DNA from: Fimbriimonadales bacterium
Lineage (GTDB): Bacteria > Armatimonadota > Fimbriimonadia > Fimbriimonadales > JABRVX01
NCBI GenBank assembly: GCA_045862955.1
Contig: BTVI01000010.1
Span: 1 to 64,000 of the forward strand
Reading direction: 5' to 3'
DNA length: 64,000 nucleotides
Both the position numbers and the translations under genes were made by a program. The notes beneath the pieces were generated by a model. The model worked only from the letters and a program-made list of their open reading frames with translations, did no database searches and had not been told where the DNA came from. Shown here piece after piece: positions 9,128-19,700 of this stretch (position 1 is the first letter of the stretch; every line of letters starts with the position of its first letter).

Positions 9128-12100
9128 CGCGAACACTACTAGTCGTCTTGGGAGTGTTGTTGGCTGTGTTGCCTGCTGCATCGCAGCCCGCAGTGTATGG
9201 CGAAGCGCGAAACGCGATTCGTGCAGGCATCTTGCTGGTGCCTTCCACCGGCAGCAGCTCTTCTCCCGGCGGTACGAACGCAGACCCATACGTCTTCTAC
9301 AACCTGATGATGAGGCAGGACCTGCTGCCGGGTGGATGGGACTTCTACAACCCCTATGCCCCGTCGGTGGTAACGCAAAGAGTGTACGACCGCTGGCGAG
9401 CCATCATGGGGCGAGCACCCTTCGCCGTCGGTGACCGTGTCCAGAGAAGTATGGCACCCTATTGGGAGGTGTATCTCGACGACCTCTCGGACAAGCAGCT
9501 ATCCAACTATGACATCCTACTGATTCACGCCCCGGGAACCTTGCGCTTCACGCCCGATCAAAGAGAACGCCTGCGCCGGTTCGTGGACTCGGGCGGCGTG
9601 CTATGGTTCGACAAGGCGACGAGCCAGACCGTTGACGGTAACTCCGGCTTCCCTCTAACGTTCGGTGTGTCTAGCTCGGGTAGCAACCCGCAGGTAGTCA
9701 ATCCCACGCACCCATTGCTCAACTTCCCGCACAAACTAACGGTGGGGGAGGCAACCTTCTTGGGTGCACACCGCGGTTCCCACGCGATCACTCCGTGGGG
9801 GGCTGCAGGGGAACAAGGCTTCGCGGATTTCAAGCGGATGACACCCATCGTCTTGAACTCGGCTGGCGGTGTCATCATGCACGCAGATATGGGCTCCGGG
9901 CACTTCGTGCTCACGGCGTGCAACGTGGCATCGAACATCAATGAGCCCGCCGGTGGCACGACGACCGGGCTGGGGCGCAACAGTGGCCCCTTCGCAGGTA
10001 CCAACTTTCTCAACATCCCGACTGCGGAGCTCAAGTTCGCATATAACCTCGTGGGTCTGACAGGTAGCCACCGTCAGTTCGGCAAGGGCTCTCGGAAGCT
10101 CAACGCAACGTTCGAGGACATCGGCGCGCCGCTGCTGAGCAAGTGGAGCACACCCTTCACACCGCAAAGCACATTCGAGTATCACGGCCGCCTCTACAAG
10201 AGCCCCGTGTTCTTCAAGGGGCTGCTGATCGTCTCGACGAACACCGAGGTGCTCGCCTTCGACGCACAGCCGATGCGTGACTTGGATGGCGACGGCAATC
10301 CGGACGATGGCTTCGCGGACTTGAGTCAAGGCACGCAAGCCGACCTCGTCTGGCGCTTCCAAATTCCGGGAGCATCGCTGCTGTCCGCACCGCTCGCAGT
10401 GGAAACTCCCACCGAGGCTTCCCAGGGTTTCCAGCCACCTGTCAATCAGGTATGGGTGATGGACCAGGACGGCGCGGTGTACGTGCTCAACGCCTTCCCC
10501 GTGCGCAACCGCCGCCTTGCCGACACGCAACAAGCAGGCGACTGGAAGCGAATCGATCCGCCGCGCGACGACATGATCCCATTCTCGCTCCCGAAGCAGC
10601 CGAACGCGCTCACCTACTCGGACGGCATGATCTTTGCCGCGGCCGGGGCGCTGACGATAACCAACCAGGTGCGTGGGGGCATCGCTTGGGTGATATCACC
10701 CAAGGTAGCACGAATCGTCTCGACAGGACTGGACCCGGACAGCTACTTCGTCGCGCAGGGCGCGAGGGCCGTTCCGGGCACGAACCCCTTCGTCACTGCT
10801 CCCACCGTCGGATACGTACCTCAGGCGGAACGCGGAGGCGCATCCGATCAGATCGTATACATAGGAACCGAGCGCACCACGACAGGGGGCCGCGGCGGCC
10901 CCGGCTTCGCCGCACTATGGTTCCGAACGCGTGGCGAGAAGCTACGTATGGAAGGCTATGCTCTGGAGCAGACCAAGTTCAAGTGCCTTGCTGCCAATCA
11001 AAACCTCAAGGTGTTCTACACCACCCCCGGGGAGTTCGAGGAGCTAAACCCGCGGTTCTACGGCTACCGGCAGTCGGACGGGGCGCCTGTCGTTCTGCCC
11101 GATCCGATCGTGGGAGCGGTGCCGGGTGAGTTCATCTTCCAGGGTGACTGGCGAAACGTAGACATCTACGCCGATTACACCATAGACTGGTCGGCGCGTG
11201 ACCTGCAATCGGGCAACCTGAACAAGATCGCCCGCACGGTGATGGTGATGCCGGACGAGTCCACACCGAAGCAGGAGATCATCGGGTCGCTAACCCTGGC
11301 ACCGAACGGCAACCTCTTCCTCGTATCGAGCAACGTCGACGTGACCTCCGATCCGAAGTCGGGTGGTGGTTCGCTGTTCTGCTTCCAGGAGAGGCTGAAT
11401 AACACGCGGTTGTTGTATCGGTGGCAGTTGCATCACGGCTATAACCACATCCTCGGCGGAACGAACAAGGTCGCAGTCCCACCGGCGATTGCGGACAACG
11501 ACCCGCTGACCAAGATACCGCCGCTCAACAACTTCTTGGATCGGCCCATGACCAAGATGCACTTCCATGGCAGCCCGGTTATCCATAACAACATGTGTTA
11601 CGTGGTGGCCTCCGCTCGGAAGAACCTGGGATTCTTCGAACTGCCAGTGACGATTCTGCTGGCCTTCGACGCCGATCCACAGCCCGCCGAGATTCGCGTC
11701 GGCGGACCCATTCTCGGGACGGAAGGCGATATCGAGGTCTCGCAGCCGGACCCGGCGGTCAGCCTAAGCAAGGACGAGCCCACCGGATTCAACCGCTTGA
11801 ATAACCGACAAGGTCAGGGCGAGATCGAGGTAGATGCCGCGGCGGGCATCATTCGTATCAGCAACTTCTCTACGAGCCCCAGGGGTGAAGTCCGAAATGC
11901 GATCAGCCTGAGCCAGCCCGTCGCCGTCCGTGTTCCCGGTCAGCAGCCGTTCTTCGTGGACCCGAACGCCACCGGCAACCGATGGTCGCCTCTTCGGTGG
12001 TTCATGACCTTCAACGGGTTCACGAACGAAGCGCCCGCGATGGTCACCGGAAACACCCTGTACCTCGCGGGCGGCTGGAGCCTCGAGAGCTTCATCTGCC

Positions 12101-13698
12101 CGCCTCTGCAGATTCCCCCGGCGTATCGCGCGATGGTGATCGCCATGGACGCAGACATCCCTACCAACGACGAGTTCCTGATCAACGACCCGCTGGTGCC
12201 AACGAACACGCACAGCAACCGGCAGCTCGCCTATCTGCGAATCCTTCCGAACGGGCAGCCGCGCTTCAACACGCACATTCGGTGGCCTTCCAACGAAGGG
12301 CTGACCAGCATGGAGGACTTCTGCATCCGGGTGCGGCAGTCGCGACTAGGTAACAGCCAGAGGGCGTTGGGTGTGATCGGTGGCGATGGATTGCTCGCGG
12401 CATGGGCACCCGATGGCACGTTCGTCTTCGAGCGAGCGCTCACACTGGTCACCGACCAGGGACGCCTCATCGAGATTGACAACCAAGGTTTCGTCAACTG
12501 GACGTCCGAGAACACGTACGCTGGGGCGGTCAACCAGGGCAACCTGTTCCTAAAGGTGGTGCAGCTCACCAATCCGACCAAGGCGTACAAGCTGGGTTGG
12601 AACGAGTACCTAGTGGCAGATACGGGGGCCAACCGCATCGTGCGGGTGGACCGCGCAGGCGCCGAGGTGCGAACCATCGAGGGCTTCACGTTCGACCAGC
12701 AGATGCTAGCGGCGGGCAAGCTATACGGCTTCACGCCGGGCGACCCGCTCAACTTGAGGCAGCCGCGCGACGTGAAGACTTGGACCGATTTCGTGCCGAG
12801 CGACGTGAATCCGTTCTCGGTGAAGTCCGACCTCGAGTTCTGGATCCACTACCTGATAGCAGATACAGGCAACGGACGTCTGGTCGAGGTGGTAGACCGG
12901 TACGTAGCCGACCCGAACACCCTAGCAGTGGGTGCACCTGTTTCCGCTGAATCGATCGGACAGATCGTGTATCACAGCCCGCTGAATGCCATTGGCCGCA
13001 AGTATCGGTATCACGCAGTGGATAGGACGCAAACGGGCGTGGACGCGTCGGGTCTCGCCACCTTCGCCTACGTTGCGGCAGTGGGGAACTGGGAGGCGAC
13101 CGGAGCGGCCGTCGGAACCGACCCGTTCGGCAGCGACACTCAGCTCCAGGCTTATAGCGGAGCCGGCGCGATCGTCGTCGAGTACTTCGACCAGACGCTG
13201 GACCAGAAGGACCGTGTCGTCGTGATCCACCGCGTGCGCATGCCCGACGGGACGATGAGGCCCTTCGTGAACCCGTCTTCCGTGCACGCTACCCCACTTC
13301 GATGGGATTCGGCGACCGGACGCATCGTGTTCTCGATACTCGTCGCGGACAATCAGGGAGTCATCGAGATCGCCCCGAACGCTTCCAACCCCAGGGAGTG
13401 GGACGTCATCTGGAACATGAGTAACGAGAACTACTTCAACCTTAGAGGGGTTTCGCTGCTCGCCAGTGGGGCAAGGAAGCTGGCAAACGGCAACGTCCTC
13501 ATCACTAACGCTTATACCGGTCAGAAGCCGAACTTCACGGATTTCACGGGCGAAGTGGTGGAGATCCGTTACAGCGACTACGACCCCGGCAAGCCAAACA
13601 ACGGCTTCAGCATGGCGGCAGGCTCTGTGCGTGCCGAGATTCCCCCGCTGGTTGGTGCGCGGCAGCTGAAAACCCCGCTGTTTGCGGACAGGCCGTAA
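9124..13698 (+). CDS. Large secreted protein: DUF4159/GATase1-like N-domain, beta-propeller and NHL-like repeats
   Basis: Sec signal; YDILLIH..TLRFTPDQRERLRRFVDSGGVLWFD; DLDGDGNPD; YLVADTGANRIV and YLIADTGNGRLV repeats; ATGA overlap with upstream gene. Confidence 0.6.
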   Translation: MTRTLLVVLGVLLAVLPAASQPAVYGEARNAIRAGILLVPSTGSSSSPGGTNADPYVFYNLMMRQDLLPGGWDFYNPYAPSVVTQRVYDRWRAIMGRAPFAVGDRVQRSMAPYWEVYLDDLSDKQLSNYDILLIHAPGTLRFTPDQRERLRRFVDSGGVLWFDKATSQTVDGNSGFPLTFGVSSSGSNPQVVNPTHPLLNFPHKLTVGEATFLGAHRGSHAITPWGAAGEQGFADFKRMTPIVLNSAGGVIMHADMGSGHFVLTACNVASNINEPAGGTTTGLGRNSGPFAGTNFLNIPTAELKFAYNLVGLTGSHRQFGKGSRKLNATFEDIGAPLLSKWSTPFTPQSTFEYHGRLYKSPVFFKGLLIVSTNTEVLAFDAQPMRDLDGDGNPDDGFADLSQGTQADLVWRFQIPGASLLSAPLAVETPTEASQGFQPPVNQVWVMDQDGAVYVLNAFPVRNRRLADTQQAGDWKRIDPPRDDMIPFSLPKQPNALTYSDGMIFAAAGALTITNQVRGGIAWVISPKVARIVSTGLDPDSYFVAQGARAVPGTNPFVTAPTVGYVPQAERGGASDQIVYIGTERTTTGGRGGPGFAALWFRTRGEKLRMEGYALEQTKFKCLAANQNLKVFYTTPGEFEELNPRFYGYRQSDGAPVVLPDPIVGAVPGEFIFQGDWRNVDIYADYTIDWSARDLQSGNLNKIARTVMVMPDESTPKQEIIGSLTLAPNGNLFLVSSNVDVTSDPKSGGGSLFCFQERLNNTRLLYRWQLHHGYNHILGGTNKVAVPPAIADNDPLTKIPPLNNFLDRPMTKMHFHGSPVIHNNMCYVVASARKNLGFFELPVTILLAFDADPQPAEIRVGGPILGTEGDIEVSQPDPAVSLSKDEPTGFNRLNNRQGQGEIEVDAAAGIIRISNFSTSPRGEVRNAISLSQPVAVRVPGQQPFFVDPNATGNRWSPLRWFMTFNGFTNEAPAMVTGNTLYLAGGWSLESFICPPLQIPPAYRAMVIAMDADIPTNDEFLINDPLVPTNTHSNRQLAYLRILPNGQPRFNTHIRWPSNEGLTSMEDFCIRVRQSRLGNSQRALGVIGGDGLLAAWAPDGTFVFERALTLVTDQGRLIEIDNQGFVNWTSENTYAGAVNQGNLFLKVVQLTNPTKAYKLGWNEYLVADTGANRIVRVDRAGAEVRTIEGFTFDQQMLAAGKLYGFTPGDPLNLRQPRDVKTWTDFVPSDVNPFSVKSDLEFWIHYLIADTGNGRLVEVVDRYVADPNTLAVGAPVSAESIGQIVYHSPLNAIGRKYRYHAVDRTQTGVDASGLATFAYVAAVGNWEATGAAVGTDPFGSDTQLQAYSGAGAIVVEYFDQTLDQKDRVVVIHRVRMPDGTMRPFVNPSSVHATPLRWDSATGRIVFSILVADNQGVIEIAPNASNPREWDVIWNMSNENYFNLRGVSLLASGARKLANGNVLITNAYTGQKPNFTDFTGEVVEIRYSDYDPGKPNNGFSMAAGSVRAEIPPLVGARQLKTPLFADRP

Positions 13699-13779
13699 AG
13701 ACCCTGGAGTGCGAAACGGAACATGAGACGCTTCGCTCGCGTCAAGCAGAAAGTGGACTTGAGTCTAGGTGATTGGCTG

Positions 13780-16700
13780 ATGAAGCATACTCGATGGCTA
13801 ATCGGCGTGGCCATGTGCGCCTTGCTGGTCAGTGCCAGCGTCGCCCAGAACGACTGGCCGGTGCACCGTGGCAACCAGCAGCGCACGGGACTGAACGATA
13901 AAGCCGACGGACCGAATCTGACACAACTCACCTGGTGGTGGCCGCTTAAGAAGTACGAGTTGCCCACCGTAGCTGTGGACAATGACAACTCCGACGTGCC
14001 TCCGCTCGTCTCGCGAACCGGAACCTGGGTCGTGCCCGACCCGGCCAATCAGGCCGTCGGCTTCGTGGGAGAGGACTACGAGTACGCCCTGTGTGTGGCA
14101 GCGACCTCTGTAGACGATCCGACCGCCGGCGCAACGCGAACCTTCCGCTGGACCCTGCGGCCCGCTGTCACGCAGGTTGCCCACTATGCGCTCTACGTGC
14201 AATTCCCTTCGAGCGGCACGACGCTGCCCGGCAACACCCGCGTCACCCCCAACGCCCTCGAAGCCGTGTACAAAGTGGAGTGGACGCAGGACGGCGTGTC
14301 TCGCTCCCGCGTGTATCGGGTCTCGCAGACCGTAGGTGGATACAAGGTTCGAATCGGCGGTGCAGCGGTTTTCCCGGCCTCGAGCACATCGCCCGTCTAC
14401 CTAACACTCTATAACACCGTTCCCGTGCAAGACAACGGCTTCGGCGAGATCGTGCCCATCGAGAATCCGGATAACGCCATCGTGGTGGCCGATGCCGCGT
14501 ACCTGGCCAACCCGCCCGCTAGTGCGCAGTCATCGCCCGTGGTGGTGCACCACGGGGGAATCCCTCACATCTATATCACCCGCAACATCGGTAGTGTAGA
14601 CCCGAGCGATCCGAGTGGCATAGACGCGCAGACTCAGGGTGAACTAGTCTGCGTCGTTCCGCCCACCGCCACTGTGCCCGAGGCGGTGGCGAAGTGGGTG
14701 TGGAGCCCCTCGCAGCAGGCCAACGTGAACAACGTCGTGGACGACAGGTCCAGTGGGTTCACCAAAGACGCCGCGTGGGTGGAGGCCACCGAGACTGCTG
14801 GCGACTTCTACGGCGACCGTAGCTTCGAGACGTCCGTAACACTGAGCACCGTGACGACGGAATGGAACAACGCCCGCTGGGAGCCGAAGCTGAGCGCCTC
14901 CGACAACTTCGATATCTATGTGTGGTTCCCGTCTTCGGGTGACACCCACCTCAACACACGCCACGCACGCTACATCGTTCACTACTTCGACCCGGACAAT
15001 GGCCTGAGCGAAGATGTGATAGACAACGTCAACCAGGAAGAGGGGGGAAAGTGGGTCCGAATCGGGAACCGCTCTTACCCGAACGACCCGGAGCGCGGCC
15101 AGCTCTGGCTCGAGATAGTCAACTTCTCACCAGACCCCGGGGATGACGGACGGTATGTGCAGGCCGACGCTGCCATGTTCGTCGGCAGCTACCAGGGTAG
15201 CATGGTTACCACACCTGCCACCGCGAACGTCCGCGTAAAGATGCGCGATGGTAGTACTCAGAACCGAGACGTCGTCTTCGTAGCAGACCAGGCCGGTTAC
15301 GTCTACATGGTGGATGCCATCGGAGATCGCGGGCGCACCTGGGCATACTGGTCCTATCCGTCAACCCCGAACACGAACGATCCGAACTGGGAAGACCCCA
15401 ACAAGGACGCCGACAATGGCGCGCCGACGATAGGTGGATTTCTGCGCACTACGGCAACGGTGGCGCGGGTTGGCAACAAGGACATCCTTTTCATCGGCAG
15501 CACGAACGGGCGCATGTATGCCATTGACTGCGAAGGCCGGGGGGACTACGATGAGCGCACTGCTACCACGGGCACGACGCAGCGCATCTGGACCTATCCC
15601 GATGCCGTGCCGGACGTGGACAAGAGCAAGGAAAAGAACTACGCATCGGTAGTAGTCGGCTCGCCCGCCTACAAGGATGGCGTCGTCTACTTCGGCACCA
15701 CCGAAGGCCGCATCTACGCGTTGGATGCGGCGGGCGAGGGTAACGGCACGACGAGGGAGAAATGGATCTACCCCGGTCGCGCACTGGACGGGCAGACGGA
15801 GGAGGACCCCATCGGTGCCATCGTCGGTACGGTGTCCGTGATAACGACGGGGGACGGCGCCAACCTGGTCGTCTTTGGGACTGCCCCGTACCAGTTGGCT
15901 CCCGGCGATCGCTACAGTGGTAGAGTCATCGCCCTCGATGCCGATGGGTCGTCCAACCGACGTACCACCCGCCGTTGGGTATATCCACCGCTGGGTGATA
16001 CCACACAGGTAGGCAACTTCTCCTACGGCGGCCCCTGCTACGTGCCAGACATCCAGGTGTACCAGAATGTCTCTGCACGGTACGATGTCGTGTATATCGG
16101 GTCCGAGGACGGCCGCGTGTACTATATCAACGCGCGCAACGGCGAGTTGCTTTATCGAGGCGATAAGGGCCTGGGCGGTGCAATCCGCTCTGCTCCTACC
16201 TTCGCGCAGGTGGTGCCTCACGAGCAGTTACCGCCGTCGCGGGACAGTATCATCGTCTCGACGGCAGCTGGTGACCTCATCGCGCTGAACGCCCGCGAGT
16301 ACGGCACAGTCAGCCCCGACAGGCTGGGAGACGCGCACTGGGCTGGGCAGCTTACCGAGCAGGCGGAGATCTTCGGCTCGGTGGCAATCGCCAACGGGTA
16401 CATGTACGCGCTCACTACCACTGGCCGACTTCTTGCCTTCAGCGACCAAGCTGCACCGTCAGACTACGACGAGGGCTGGGAGGCGTTCCAGGAGACGGAG
16501 CCGCCGGACCAAAGCGACGACATAGACCTGAAGGACACCATCGTCAAGCGCATCAGCCGCGACGACTACAACAGGCTGAGAGCACTAACACCTGACAGCA
16601 CATCACCCACCCCGTACGACATGAACACCGTCAACGATACGGTACTCGAGTGGGGTTCTACCATCTACCTGGTGGCGTATAACTTCTATATCGAGAACGA

Positions 16701-19700
16701 GGGGGGAACCGTCACCTTCCAGCTCAAGGGGCCCAGCAACACTCCGCGTGTAAGCGCACCGGTGAAGCGCTACACGGAGAACAACCCTGCGCGCAAGCCC
16801 TGCTTCGCCGTCTACGCCTATATCGTCCAGGGGTCCAGGCAGGCGCCCTTCACGCCTGGCGAGGAGTATTGGATCGAAGCAACCGTGCGTCCGCCATCCG
16901 GAGCGGCAGTCGGTCCATTCGAGATGGCCCCGAAGCCGCTGCTCATCGCAAACCCCCTGGCCGTGCGGGTGTTGAACCCGAAGGGCGGAGCAGCCAACTC
17001 CGAAATCGGCTGGACCGTCAACAGCACGGACAACTACGTCAAGATCAACGGCAGCGGAGGCAAAGAGAACACCGTCATCGCCTACCAGGGCGAGATCAAT
17101 CACGGCATGCGCGGATCCACGCTGATCGAAGTCGCCGATAGGAGTCTGCTGCTCTTCTCGACCGGTCGCTCGCTGCGTCAGGTGATGGGCACGCGTCTGG
17201 ACCTGCAGTTCCGCGGCGGCGCCGCGGCAATGTACAAACCGTTGCCTTGGGATATTCCGCCGGTCGGCTTCCCGAACCCCAGTCCCGATTACCCGGACAT
17301 CGATCGCCGACAGCTCGGCCTGTGGTCCGACCCGCTGGGCACGCGCAACAACCTAGTGAACAACGCAGTCGGCCTCCCCAACCCGCTCGGAGACGAGACG
17401 GCGCGCTCGCTCGTCGGCCTGCCAGTGGAGCTCGAGACCGACGTACCCATGTACCAGCCCGCGAACATCCGCGACGGCTACCTCGCCAAGGTGTACGTCT
17501 GGGTGGACGTGGATAGCGACAAGCGAATTTCGGGTGTTAGCACTTCGATCGTGACGGACCTGCCAACCGCGGGTGCAGAGGCGTACCGCTCGCTCAGCAC
17601 GTCGCTGAACATCCCGCCCGACGAGAAGCTTGCCATCGTGGAGCCCACCATCGATTTGGGCCAGCTGGCACATGGCGTCGGATGGACTCCGGAGCCTCCG
17701 AGAAGCAACAACAACAAATACTTCCATAGCTCTTGGATCAATCAGACCGGCGGACCATATGATGCGTTCTTCAAGCCGTTCACGGTGCTCAGCTACAGCA
17801 ACGTGAACATGCTGAACCTGAGGGTTGCATCGCTGCTGAACCAGTTGCCGGTCTCCGGGCCCGTGAGCGACCCGGCGCTGCGTCCCGTCGGGTTCTTCGG
17901 CGACGGCCTGAATCCGCTGGCATGGCTGGGTGCGGACCAGGCTCTCGTCAGCAATCTGGATCCGCGGTTCCAGCCTGCGGTCACGCTTCACAAGCCACGG
18001 CCCGGCGACCGAAGTCCGACGTCGCTGCGCATCCCGGACGCACCGTACGGCACGACCGATCCGAACGCAGACCCGCCCATGCTCGGCGTGGCGGTGCCTA
18101 TCGGCCAGCCCGTCGGCACGTACACTCAATACATCCGCGTTTTCGAGGACCTTTACAACGGGCGCAACCTCGCGCTGGACATCGATCCGGTGACGAACCG
18201 TGCGTTCGAGACGATCTCGGAGCCCGCGCCTCGCGTGAAGTTCACCGTGCGCGAAAGCCGGCTGACCAGCAACACCGAGCCCGGTTCGCTCTATCAGTTC
18301 GACTACCCACCCACCAGCACCAATCCGTTCCGGTACGCCAACGTCGGACCCGCGGCATACCGCGATCGCCGCACGGGTGCAATGGTAGTGGCGTTTGCCT
18401 CACAGCGCGAAAACGCAACCGACCTAAACGCTCCGGCGGGGGCGGTAGGGAATTGGTCTATCTACACGGGTCGGCTCGGCGTGCAGCAGGCTCAGTTCAA
18501 CGGGACGGTGCCGCCGCCACTCCTCGACCTCTACGCGTGGCGAAACGCTACCACCGACAAGTGGTGGCAGCTGGGAGGCGGGCCCTATCCGGGTACCAGC
18601 CCCGACAGCCTGTTCACGGAGCTGCCAGGCACCATCGTGCCCGACTCCGAGCAGTACTTCGAGCCTACGTTCCCCGTCAATATCAACGACATGCCGAGGC
18701 CCTACCTGTTCTGGCAAGGCTCGGTGAAGAAGCTGTTCCAGGGGCAAGAGTACACGGAATACGCGACGTTCTACTCCGAAATATCGCCCTCTACCGGACG
18801 CCTGGGCACCATCAACAGGGTAACCGGCAACACCGGCGGCAGCGCGATTGACGCGGCCATGCCTCGATACCGGCCCATCGTGCTGGGTGACGGAACCGGC
18901 GCACGCATCTTCTGGTATGGGGGGACGACGGGCCGCTACAGCCTGTTCGTCAACGAGACGCCGACCGTTGACAACCCGAACTCTTGGAGCCGGCCAGTGC
19001 GAATCGGCATCCCATCTAGCCTTGCCTCGGCCAAGGACCCGTATCCAGTAGCGGGACCGGGGGGCCGGATTGACCTGATCTACAGCGGCGTGATGAAGGA
19101 CCGCAACACCAACGAGCTGTTCCTTGCCACCTACGGACCAGATGGACCTGGTGGCGTAATCAACTGGGAGCGGCCGCGCGCACGGGCCCGAATCCGTGAC
19201 GAGGTCGCAGTGCTCGATACCGCTCGGGGCAACGTGTGGCGGACGCAGGGCATCGACTGGGCCATCGGTGGTCCGGGGTCGGGCCTCGACATCGCGGTGA
19301 ACGGTCGCTCCATCCTCGGCCAGGGCGAGCGGGACAGTTCGAACGAGCGTATCCGTTACCAGTCAACGCTGGGTGGATACGTGGTGGTCGACCCGGCGGC
19401 CGGCACCATCACGTTCCCGAGCATCGCGCCCGGCCCGCAAGACATCGTGACGGTGTCGTACACGCCTCGCGTGATGCGCCTCACTCCCAGCAACCTCGGC
19501 GGGCACACAGAGCCTGTTCAGTTCGTGGATAGCCGACCCATCGGAAACCTGGCGTACACGTTCCGAAGTACCGGGGCGGCCGCCCAGGCCAACGACTACG
19601 TGCCCGTGGATCGGCGATGGGTGCTGTACAAGCGAGGCAGCACCGCCCCAGGCCAATCCATGACGCCTTACTACCAGACGTACCGGGTCGGCGTGAACCT

